From assembly GCA_050250955.1 (NCBI GenBank), contig JBFWNR010000003.1, positions 525,120 through 589,119 on the forward strand: a stretch of DNA of 64,000 nt. The letters run 5' to 3'. This DNA is from Vicinamibacterales bacterium (lineage in GTDB: Bacteria; Acidobacteriota; Vicinamibacteria; Vicinamibacterales; UBA2999). Position numbers and translations under genes: made by a program. The notes under the pieces were generated by a model. The model saw only the letters and a program-made list of their open reading frames with translations, did not search any database and was not told the origin of the DNA. Within the stretch, counting starts at the first letter, position 1. Each line of letters begins with the position of its first letter. Positions 1 to 7,670 of the stretch are shown here, in pieces.

Positions 1-1496
1 ACTTCGGCGACGACGAGCCCGCTGCGCAGCCGGCCGCCACTGCCCGTGGAGGTGCGGGTGTCCGACGCGATGAGGCGCGCCGACGAGAGGTCGCCGGCGT
101 GCCACGCCGGCGCCAGGCCGAACAGCACGCCGACGAGCAGCGCCGCGAACCCGCAGAACCCGACCACCCGGGCGTCGAACGCCACCGCGACCGAGGGCGG
201 CAGCACGCCGGCCGGCATCAGCGCCGGCGCCGCGGTGACGATCGTCCAGCCCACCGCACCGCCCAGCGCGCCGCCGATGGCGGCCAGGACCAGGCTCTCG
301 GTGAGCAGCTGGCGGACGACGCGGCCGCGTCCGGCGCCGAGGGCGGCGCGGATCGCCAGCTCACGACCGCGGGCCGTCGCCCGGGCGAGCAGCAGGCTGG
401 CGACGTTGGCGCAGCAGATGAGCAGCACGAAGCCGACCACGCCGAGGAACAGCATCGCGGTCACCCGCAGGTCGCTGCCGACGATGGCCGGCCGCACCGG
501 CAGCAGCGCCGCGCCGCGGCCACGGTTGGGCGGCAGGGTCCGGGCCAGCTCCGCCGCGACGGCCTCCACCTGGCGCCTGGCGGTGTCGATCGCCACGCCC
601 TGGGCCAGCCGCCCGACGCCGCGGAACACATAGGCCGTCCGCGCCTGGGGCACCGGGCGCACCCGGATCAGGGCCCAGATGCTGTTCTGATCGGTCCAGC
701 GGAACCAGCCGGGCACCACGCCGAGCACGCGGTAGCTCTCGCCGTCGAGCTGCAGGTCACGCCCGACGATCGACGGATCGCCGTTGAAGCGCGACCGCCA
801 GTACGCTTCGGTCAGGACCACCGAGTCGTGCTCCACGAGGTCGTCGTCCGGCCGGAACAGGCGGCCCACCAGGGGCGGCACGCCGAGCGTCGCGAAGAAC
901 CCCGACGACACCCACTGCCGCGCCACCGTCTCGGCGCCGCCGTCGGCGCCGCGCATCACCATGCCGCCCGTGCCGCGGATGTAGCCGCCGGTTTGCACGA
1001 GCGCCGGGCTGCCCGCGGTCCAGTCGGCGAGGTTCAGCGGCGACACGCCGCTCGGCGCGCCGCTCGGCGTGCGCTCCTCGAGCACGACGACGCTGTCGGG
1101 GTCGCGGAACGGCAGCGGCCTCAGCAGCGCGGCGTCGACCAGTGCGAAGATGGCGCTGTTGGCACCGATGCCCAGGGCCAGGGTGAGGACGGCCACGGCG
1201 GTGAAGGCGGGCGCCGCGCGCATCTGCCGCAGCGCGAACAGCACGTCGTGATGGAATTCCTCGAGCCACTGCATCACACGGAACTCCCGATCCCGCCGGC
1301 GTCCCAGATCGACGCAGGTGCGTTTGAGGGCGGCCAGATCGCCGAGTCGCGCCGCCGCCTGCCGGCGTGCCTCGTCGGGCGGGAGCCCCGCGGCGACGAG
1401 CTCGCGGGTGCGCATCTCGAGATGGAAGGCGAGCTCGTCGTCGACCTCCTGGTCGACCGGGACCCGCCACAGCCACGAGCGCAGCGAGCGCTTCAC
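1..1496 (-). CDS. ADOP-type (MacB/FtsX-like) duplicated permease. About 498 N-terminal codons are present; the C-terminus lies beyond the left window edge.
   Basis: It is absent from the ORF track because there is no stop inside the window. Reading the reverse complement from the GTG at 1496-1494 gives VKRSLRSWLWRVPVDQEVDDELAFHLEMRTRELVAAG...RDREFRVMQWLEEFHHDVLFALRQMRAAPAFTAVAVLTLALGIGANSAIFAL. This is the typical N-terminus of acidobacterial duplicated orphan permeases. The start overlaps the PadR stop as GTGA. Confidence 0.8.
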   Translation of the reverse strand, partial: MKRSLRSWLWRVPVDQEVDDELAFHLEMRTRELVAAGLPPDEARRQAAARLGDLAALKRTCVDLGRRRDREFRVMQWLEEFHHDVLFALRQMRAAPAFTAVAVLTLALGIGANSAIFALVDAALLRPLPFRDPDSVVVLEERTPSGAPSGVSPLNLADWTAGSPALVQTGGYIRGTGGMVMRGADGGAETVARQWVSSGFFATLGVPPLVGRLFRPDDDLVEHDSVVLTEAYWRSRFNGDPSIVGRDLQLDGESYRVLGVVPGWFRWTDQNSIWALIRVRPVPQARTAYVFRGVGRLAQGVAIDTARRQVEAVAAELARTLPPNRGRGAALLPVRPAIVGSDLRVTAMLFLGVVGFVLLICCANVASLLLARATARGRELAIRAALGAGRGRVVRQLLTESLVLAAIGGALGGAVGWTIVTAAPALMPAGVLPPSVAVAFDARVVGFCGFAALLVGVLFGLAPAWHAGDLSSARLIASDTRTSTGSGGRLRSGLVVAE

Positions 1497-1834
1497 GATG
1501 CGAACAGCGCCCTCGACACACCGGTCGAGAAGCGCCTCCAGGTATCGAGCTCGGCGGCCAGCCCGGCCCGGCCGGCTGGTGTCAGGCGGTAGAGCTTGGC
1601 GCGGCGGCCGAGCTCCGACGTGCCCCACTCCGCTTCGAGCCAGCCGCGACGCTCGAGCCGGTAGAGGGCCGGATACAACGAACCTTCCTCGACCAGCAAC
1701 GCCTCGCCGGTGGCCTCTTCGATGGCGCGCGCCACCGCGTAGCCATGGCTCGGCCCGCGGGTGAGCGTCTTCAGGATCAACGCGTCCAGGGCGCCGTGGA
1801 GCAGGGCGTTCGGGGTCTTGGCGGGCTCCGCCAT
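1493..1834 (-). CDS. PadR-family transcriptional regulator
   Basis: It carries a winged-helix PadR signature: LLHGALDALILKTLTRGPSHGYAVARAIEE...GSLYPALYRLERRGWLEAEWG. I placed the start at the internal ATG at 1834 (MAEPAKTP), which has GGAGGA 7 nt upstream, instead of the track start at 1912. Confidence 0.85.
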   Translation of the reverse strand: MAEPAKTPNALLHGALDALILKTLTRGPSHGYAVARAIEEATGEALLVEEGSLYPALYRLERRGWLEAEWGTSELGRRAKLYRLTPAGRAGLAAELDTWRRFSTGVSRALFAS

Positions 1835-1844
1835 CCCTCGTCCT

Positions 1845-1871
1845 CCATTGCCTCGTCTATCTAGGCAATGG
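1845..1871 (-). promoter_or_regulatory. Probable PadR operator: inverted repeat CCATTGCC-N11-GGCAATGG just upstream of the PadR start
   Basis: The 8-bp arms are perfect (1845-1852 and 1864-1871). On the minus strand they bracket TAGATA, a -10-like hexamer, and lie 10 nt upstream of the PadR ATG, next to the GGAGGA SD. Confidence 0.5.
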
Positions 1872-1913
1872 CTTGGACGGGGCCTCGGCCCGAAAAGTTT
1901 GCTCGGCCCCAAG

Positions 1914-1949
1914 ACCAGGGACCGGGGACCAGGGACCGGGGACCAGGGA
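1914..1949. repeat. Heptanucleotide tandem array (ACCAGGG/ACCGGGG) x5, with G-tracts on the + strand
   Basis: Read directly as accaggg accgggg accaggg accgggg accaggg. It contains five G3-4 tracts with 3-4 nt loops. Confidence 0.9.
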
Positions 1950-2035
1950 GGCGGCGGGAACGTAGCCCCTGGCTCAGAGGGTGTCGCATCGCCCCCCGAA
2001 CCGATCCACGAGCGTCAGTTCCGAGAGAGGTTCTT

Positions 2036-2060
2036 CCCGGGTCCCTGGTCCCCGGTCCCT
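2036..2060. repeat. Inverted partner of the 1914-1949 array (GTCCCTG GTCCCCG GTCCCT), immediately 3' of the glnA stop
   Basis: Positions 2042-2060 (tccctggtccccggtccct) are the exact reverse complement of 1931-1949. This allows a 19-bp stem with a loop of about 92 nt. Confidence 0.85.
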
Positions 2061-2065
2061 TCAGG

Positions 2066-3388
2066 TCAGTAGACGCTCAGGTAGCGCTCCAGCTCCCACG
2101 GCGAGACGTGGCGCAGGTAATCGTCCCACTCGCCGCGCTTGGCGGCCAGGAAGTGCTGGACGATGTGCTCGCCGAGCGCGTCGCGGACCAGCTCGCTCTT
2201 CTCGAGCTCGTCGAGGGCCTCGCTCAGGTTGGCGGGCAGGTCGTCGATCCGCAGGTGCCGCCGCTCGCGGTGGCTCATCTTGTAGATGTTCTTGTTCACC
2301 GGCGGGCCGGGATCGAATTCCTGGACGACGCCGTCGAGGCCGGCCCGCAGCATCACCGCCAGCGCCAGGTACGGATTGCACGACGGGTCGGGCAGGCGCA
2401 GCTCGACCCGCGTCGACTCGCCGCGCGCCGCCGGCACCCGCACCAGCGGGCTGCGGTTCTTCTCCGACCAGGCGATGGCCGTCGGCGCCTCGTGGCCGGG
2501 CACCAGCCGCTTGTAGGAGTTCACGAGCGGGTTGGTGATCGCGCAGTAGCCGCGGGCGTGCTTCAGCAGCCCGCCGACGTAGTGGAGGCAGGTCTGGCTC
2601 AACTGCCACTCGCGGCTGTCGTCGAAGAAGGCGTTGGCGGCGCCCCTGAACAACGCCTGGTGCGTGTGCATGCCCGATCCGTTGACGCCGTAGATCGGCT
2701 TGGGCATGAAGGTGGCGTGCAGGCCGTTGCGGTGGGCGACGTTCTTGACCACGAACCGGAACGTGCTGACGTTGTCGGCGGTGCGCAGGACGTCGTCGTG
2801 GCGGAAGTCCACTTCGTGCTGGCCGGGCGCCACCTCGTGGTGCGCGGCCTCGACCAGGAACCCCATCTGCTCGAGGGCGAGGACGATCTCGCGACGGACG
2901 TCCTCGCCCTGATCGACCGGAGCCAGGTCGAAGTAGCCGGCGGTGTCGTGGGTGGCCGTCGACGGCGCCCCCTCCTGGCGCTGGAACAGGAAGAACTCGG
3001 CCTCCGGGCCGGCGACCATGCGGAAGTCCATGGCCTTGGCACGGGCGATGGCCCGCTTCAGGACCGTCCGCGGGCACCCTTCGAACGGGGTGCCGTCGGG
3101 ATTGGCGATGTCGCAGGTGATGCCGCCGACGCGGGCCCCGCTGGGATCGCGCCACGGCAGCACCTGGAAGGTGTCGAGGTCGGGCTTGAGGTACATGTCC
3201 GATTCCTCGATGCGCACGAACCCCTCGATCGACGAGCCGTCGAAGAGCACGGCGCCGGCGAGCGCCGCGGCGAACTGGCGATCGGGGATCTCGACGTTCT
3301 TGGTGACCCCGAGGATGTCGGTGAACTGCAGGCGAAGGAACTTCACGCCGTCGCGCTCGGCGCGGTCCAGGATGGCTCGTGGGTCCAT
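2066..3388 (-). CDS. glnA: Glutamine synthetase, type I (440 aa)
   Basis: The full-length ORF begins MDPRAILDRAERDGVKFLRLQFTDILG and carries the GS ATP-binding signature KPIYGVNGSGMHTHQ. Confidence 0.93.
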   Translation of the reverse strand: MDPRAILDRAERDGVKFLRLQFTDILGVTKNVEIPDRQFAAALAGAVLFDGSSIEGFVRIEESDMYLKPDLDTFQVLPWRDPSGARVGGITCDIANPDGTPFEGCPRTVLKRAIARAKAMDFRMVAGPEAEFFLFQRQEGAPSTATHDTAGYFDLAPVDQGEDVRREIVLALEQMGFLVEAAHHEVAPGQHEVDFRHDDVLRTADNVSTFRFVVKNVAHRNGLHATFMPKPIYGVNGSGMHTHQALFRGAANAFFDDSREWQLSQTCLHYVGGLLKHARGYCAITNPLVNSYKRLVPGHEAPTAIAWSEKNRSPLVRVPAARGESTRVELRLPDPSCNPYLALAVMLRAGLDGVVQEFDPGPPVNKNIYKMSHRERRHLRIDDLPANLSEALDELEKSELVRDALGEHIVQHFLAAKRGEWDDYLRHVSPWELERYLSVY

Positions 3389-3519
3389 GGCGTCCAGCCC
3401 CCAAGTATAGGGGCGCCCGCCACGCCGCCGACCAAGCCCGGACGTCGGTCGTCTGAGTTCTCCGGAGGACGGGCGAGCGGCCCGCAGGGGAGCGGTGGCG
3501 CTCCCGGGGAGACAGCACC

Positions 3520-4425
3520 ATGAGTCAGCATCGAACGATCGTCCTCGGCGGCGTCCTGGCCGCCGTGATTGGCGTCGCCGTCGCCGGTGTGGCGGCCCAG
3601 CGCGACGACCGCGACCGGGATCGCGATCGTCGCCAGCGCGGGCACGTGTTCATCGGGCCGGACGGCACCGGCCGCGCGCTCCGGCTCGACGGCCGGGGCA
3701 GTCAGATCGGCGTGATGGTCAGCGATCCCGACGACGCTGCGACCCAGGGCGTGCGCATCGACGGCGTCGACGCCGGCAGTCCGGCCGAGACGGCCGGTGC
3801 GCGCGAGGGCGATCTCGTCGTCGAGTTCGATGGCGAGCGCGTCCGCAGCGCGCGGCAGCTGTCGCGGCTGGTGCAGGAAACGCCGGACGGACGCACCGTC
3901 ACGATGACGCTGTCGCGCGACGGCAGCCGACAGTCGGTGCAGGTCACGCCGGAGGCCGCCGCCGGCACGGCGGCCTGGACGATGGACCTGGAGCCGGGCC
4001 TGCGGGCCGAGCTCGAACGCGGGCTGCGCGGCCTGCGCGAGCTGCCGGACCGCGGCGGTCCGCGGTTCGACTTCCGCTTCGACGGCGTGCCCGGCCTGCC
4101 GGGGTCGCGGGCGCGACTCGGCGTGCAGGTGGAAACCCTCACCGATCAGCTCGCCGAGTACTTCGGCGTCAAGGGCGGCGGCGTGCTGGTGTCGAGCGTC
4201 ACCGCCGACTCGCCGGCGGCCGCGGCCGGACTGAAGGCCGGCGACGTCATCACGGCCGTCAACGGCACGGCCATTCGCGACGCCGGCGAACTCGTCGAGG
4301 CCCTCGGGGAGGTCGGCACCAGCGGCGACGCCCGCGTGGAGATCGTGCGCGACAAGAAGAGCGCGACGCTGACCGCCACCATCGACCGTCCGGCCCGGCG
4401 CCGGACGCCGCGGCAGCCGGCCTGA
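3520..4425 (+). CDS. Membrane-anchored protein with two PDZ domains and no protease domain
   Basis: There is an N-terminal TM (IVLGGVLAAVIGVAVAGVAA) followed by an RDDRDRDRDRR tract. Two PDZ-like segments follow (GVRIDGVDAGSPAETAGAREGDLVVEFDG and GVLVSSVTADSPAAAAGLKAGDVITAVNG). A GGGGAGA SD lies before the ATG. Confidence 0.75.
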   Translation: MSQHRTIVLGGVLAAVIGVAVAGVAAQRDDRDRDRDRRQRGHVFIGPDGTGRALRLDGRGSQIGVMVSDPDDAATQGVRIDGVDAGSPAETAGAREGDLVVEFDGERVRSARQLSRLVQETPDGRTVTMTLSRDGSRQSVQVTPEAAAGTAAWTMDLEPGLRAELERGLRGLRELPDRGGPRFDFRFDGVPGLPGSRARLGVQVETLTDQLAEYFGVKGGGVLVSSVTADSPAAAAGLKAGDVITAVNGTAIRDAGELVEALGEVGTSGDARVEIVRDKKSATLTATIDRPARRRTPRQPA

Positions 4426-4457
4426 TCGACGCCGGGACAGCGCCGGCCGATCGACGT

Positions 4458-5675
4458 TCAGGACCCGTGAGCGCCGGCCGTGTCGGCTGCAGCGGCGCCG
4501 TCGTCGGCGCCTGACCCGACCAGCAGCGACAGCTGGGCGGCGAGGATGGCGGCCGCCGCCGTGGCGTCGGGCAACGGCGTCGAACTGCCGGTGCCGAACT
4601 CCACCGCCAGCACGCCGGCGATGCCGGCGTCGCCGCTGCGGACCGGAACGGCCGCCGCCGCCGGCTGACCGGCCTTGGCCGTGGTGGACACCGTGACGCC
4701 GTCACGCAGTGCCCGGGCCGTCGCGTGATCGTCGGCGACGCTCACCGGGCCGATGCGGGCGACCAGGCGCGCGTCGTAGCCGGCCGCCGCGGCGAGCCGC
4801 AAGGTGCGCCGCTGCGGATCGGCGAGCCACAGCATGGCGCCCTGCGCGCCGATTGCCCGCGCCGCGTCCTCGAGCAGCGCCGGCAGGCTGTCGGCCTCGC
4901 GCACCGCGGCCAGCCGTTCGCACACCGTGCCGAGCGCCGGCAGATCGACGGGTGCTGGACCGGCCGCCGATCCCGCCGTGGCCGATTCCAGCGGCGCCAG
5001 GTCCGGCACGGGTGAGCGAACCGACAGGTCGATCGCAAGCGCGTCGTCGGGCGTGGTGTCTTGTCGCGCCGTGGCGGCGCCGACGGGGCTGGCGCCGGGC
5101 AGCGGCGCCAGCAGCAGTGTGGCGACGAGCAACGCGCCCATCGCCGCGGCGAGTGCCGCCACCTGGCGATCGCGCAATCCGGCCACCGACTGTTCGGTGG
5201 CCGCCGCCACGGCCTCGTGGCCGGCGTCGAGCCGTCGCTCGAGGTCGTCGACGTGGGGCATCGCCTCGCCGAACGCGACGTCGGCGGCCATCAGCGGCTT
5301 GCCGCCGGTCGCATGTTCGCGAAGGCGCCGCTCGGATTCGCCGAGCCGATCGAACACGTCGAGGGCGGCGCGGCGGTCGGCGTCCACCGCCGTGAGCGCG
5401 GTGAGGGCGTCGAGATGCCGCCGGGCGTCGTCGATGGCGGCCTCGGCCCGCCGGCTCCAGCCCGCCGCGGCCTGGCCCGGCGAGGCCATGGCGGCCAGCG
5501 CCCGTCGCACGTCGCCGAGCGCCGCCCTGCCGCTGCGGGCGAAGCCGGCGGCTGCGACCGCGTTGGCACGGGTGGCGCGCCGCTCGGCCTCGAGCTGCAG
5601 CGCCCAGGCACAGGCGCCGGCGGCGAGGGCGACCGCCACGGCAACCAGCGACCAGCGGCCCCAGCGATGGCGCAT
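4458..5675 (-). CDS. Membrane protein with a helical extracytoplasmic region and a C-terminal GAF domain; no output domain
   Basis: There are two hydrophobic segments (WSLVAVAVALAAGACAWAL and AALAAAMGALLVATLLLAPL). The C-terminal portion is GAF-like (GAQGAMLWLADPQRRTLRLAAAAGYD...AGVLAVEF). Confidence 0.65.
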   Translation of the reverse strand: MRHRWGRWSLVAVAVALAAGACAWALQLEAERRATRANAVAAAGFARSGRAALGDVRRALAAMASPGQAAAGWSRRAEAAIDDARRHLDALTALTAVDADRRAALDVFDRLGESERRLREHATGGKPLMAADVAFGEAMPHVDDLERRLDAGHEAVAAATEQSVAGLRDRQVAALAAAMGALLVATLLLAPLPGASPVGAATARQDTTPDDALAIDLSVRSPVPDLAPLESATAGSAAGPAPVDLPALGTVCERLAAVREADSLPALLEDAARAIGAQGAMLWLADPQRRTLRLAAAAGYDARLVARIGPVSVADDHATARALRDGVTVSTTAKAGQPAAAAVPVRSGDAGIAGVLAVEFGTGSSTPLPDATAAAAILAAQLSLLVGSGADDGAAAADTAGAHGS

Positions 5676-5699
5676 CGGACGGTGGCTCCGCAGGACGGA

Positions 5700-7544
5700 T
5701 CAGTCGCCGGCCGGGCCGAGCTGGGTGACCAGGCGCAGCGGAATCACCGACGGCTTGGCGGCGTGCTCCATCTGCACGTTGTGCCCCTTCACCGGCGGCA
5801 GATCCTGGTACATCACGTCCCACTTCCACCGCTCGGACGGGTTGGACGCCTGCAGCCAGGTCTCGGCGCTCACCGGCCGGTTGAAGGTCTGCGCCCCGAG
5901 GCCTGCGTAGGCCGGCAGCGCCGCCGTGGCGGCGGCGAGATCGGCGCGGACCGCTGCCGGGGTCTCGTAGGCGAACGGCAGGCCGAGCGCAGCCGCCACG
6001 CTGGTGATGATCTGCCAGTCCTCGACCGCTTCGCCGGGGGTGACCAGCGCCTTCGACGCCGCCTGCACGCGGCCCTGGTCGTTGGTGAAGCAGCCGTCCT
6101 TCTCGACCCAGGCCGCACCCGGCAGCACCACGTCGGCGGCGGCGGCCAGCGGACCCGCCAGCACCCCCTGGTAGACGAGGCCCTTCAGCCGTCCGGCCTG
6201 GCGCGCGTCGACGACCCAGGCGAGATCGCCGATCGACTCGGCCGGGCCGGGATCGAGCACGTAGAGCACGTCGACGTGTCCGCCATCGACGGCGCCGCGC
6301 AGGCCCGAGAGGTCGGCCGTGCCGTCGAGGCCGGCGCCCACCGCCAGCCCGAGGTCGCGGGCACCGAGCACGTTCGGCGCGTCGGTGGCCGGGACGGCGA
6401 ACTTCGTGTTGGCCGGCTGCGCTTTCGCCGACCGCCGCCATGACACGGTGACGTGGCCGGCGCCGCCCTCGCCCTTGAGCTCCTCGGCGAGTCGCCGGAC
6501 CAGGAACAGCTCCTCGAGGCTGGCGTGCGCCGAGACCAGGAAGCGAACCGAGGCCGGATCGCGGCGGCCGGCCGCGTTCAACAGGTCGCGCACCTTGATG
6601 AGCGCGTCCTTCCAGGTGGCCACCTGCGGCATGCCGTCCTTGCCGCGCAGCTGCGGTTTGCGCAGCCGGCCTTCGCCTTCGACCCAGCCGTACTGGAAGC
6701 GGCCGATGTCGCACATCCAGAACCCGTTGACCTCGGGGTTGTAGCGCGGCGTGACCCGCACCAGCGTCGAGCCCTTGGCCCACTCGGGCTTGGCCTTGAG
6801 CCACGCCGTCGTGGCGCAGCCCTTCGAGCAGCCGGTGCAGATGGTGTCGATGGCGTTGGGGTTGTCCCACGGCCGCGAGCGGAAGCGGTACTGCTTGGTG
6901 GTGATGGCGCCGACCGGGCAGACGTCCATGAGGTTGCCCGAGAGGAGCGAATGGACGCCCTGTTCGTTGAAGGTGCCGATCTCGCTGCCGTTGCCGCGGT
7001 TGATGATGCCGATCTGCGCGTCGCCGTCGATCTCGTCCATGAACCGCGCGCAGCGCGTGCACATGATGCAGCGGTTGCGGTTGAGCATCAGCGTCGGCCC
7101 GAAGTCGACGTCGGCCTTGACGCCCTCGCCGTCGAAGGTCCGCCGCGGGAAGTCCATGCGGCTCTCGACGTTGCCGAAGCTGTAGGAGAAGTCCTGCAGC
7201 GGGCACTCACCGCCCTTGTCGCAGACCGGGCAGTCGAGCGGGTGATTGATGAGCAGGAACTCGAAGACGCCGGCGCGTGCCTCGGTGCTCTCGGCGTCCT
7301 TGGTGTGCACCACCATGCCGTCGGCCACCGGCGTCGAACACGACGTCTGCAGCTTGGGCATCTTCTCGATCTTCACCAGACACACACGGCACGACGCGTC
7401 GATGCCCAGCCCCGGGTGGTAGCAGTAGTAGGGCACCTCGATGCCGGCGGCGATGGCCGCCTGGAGCACCGTCGTGCCCTTCGGGACGGTCACCTGCGCG
7501 CCGTCGATCGTGAGCGTCACCTGTTCCATGGCGGGGCGGATCAT
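5700..7544 (-). CDS. nuoG: NADH-quinone oxidoreductase subunit G-like Fe-S protein
   Basis: It has an N-terminal 2Fe-2S region (CYHPGLGIDASCRVCLV) and the motifs HPLDCPVCDKGGECPLQD, CIMCTRCARF, CPVGAIT and CTGCSKGC. The start could instead be the second ATG at 7529 (MEQVTLTIDG). Confidence 0.85.
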   Translation of the reverse strand: MIRPAMEQVTLTIDGAQVTVPKGTTVLQAAIAAGIEVPYYCYHPGLGIDASCRVCLVKIEKMPKLQTSCSTPVADGMVVHTKDAESTEARAGVFEFLLINHPLDCPVCDKGGECPLQDFSYSFGNVESRMDFPRRTFDGEGVKADVDFGPTLMLNRNRCIMCTRCARFMDEIDGDAQIGIINRGNGSEIGTFNEQGVHSLLSGNLMDVCPVGAITTKQYRFRSRPWDNPNAIDTICTGCSKGCATTAWLKAKPEWAKGSTLVRVTPRYNPEVNGFWMCDIGRFQYGWVEGEGRLRKPQLRGKDGMPQVATWKDALIKVRDLLNAAGRRDPASVRFLVSAHASLEELFLVRRLAEELKGEGGAGHVTVSWRRSAKAQPANTKFAVPATDAPNVLGARDLGLAVGAGLDGTADLSGLRGAVDGGHVDVLYVLDPGPAESIGDLAWVVDARQAGRLKGLVYQGVLAGPLAAAADVVLPGAAWVEKDGCFTNDQGRVQAASKALVTPGEAVEDWQIITSVAAALGLPFAYETPAAVRADLAAATAALPAYAGLGAQTFNRPVSAETWLQASNPSERWKWDVMYQDLPPVKGHNVQMEHAAKPSVIPLRLVTQLGPAGD

Positions 7545-7670
7545 ATCACGCGGTCGGCCGCGAACCGGACCTGCGCCGTGCGCGGAAGTCGCGCGGGGTC
7601 AACGAGATGGAGCGTGTCGACTCGAGCCGGACCGGGACGCGGCCGGACCGGGTGAAGCCCGACGCTCCGG

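Noticed and set aside
99-1592. A 497-aa + strand ORF, plus 46-633 and 757-1521.
   Set aside because: They are antisense to, or out of frame with, the ADOP permease, whose translation I verified directly from the sequence. Their composition is Arg/Ala/Pro-rich.
3389-3519. A possible glutamine riboswitch or other leader RNA upstream of glnA.
   Set aside because: I saw only a short GGGAGCG/CGCTCCC hairpin near the PDZ gene SD. I found no recognisable conserved riboswitch architecture. The region is better explained as a divergent promoter region.
1868-3523. A 551-aa + strand ORF and a 486-aa minus-strand ORF (2061-3521) over glnA.
   Set aside because: The glnA frame (2066-3388) carries the glutamine synthetase signature. 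The others are alternative-frame artefacts.
4702-7206. An 834-aa minus-strand ORF overlapping the GAF and nuoG-like genes.
   Set aside because: It is out of frame with two ORFs that carry clear domain motifs (the Fe-S cysteine clusters of NuoG). Its sequence is extremely Arg/Gly/Pro-rich.
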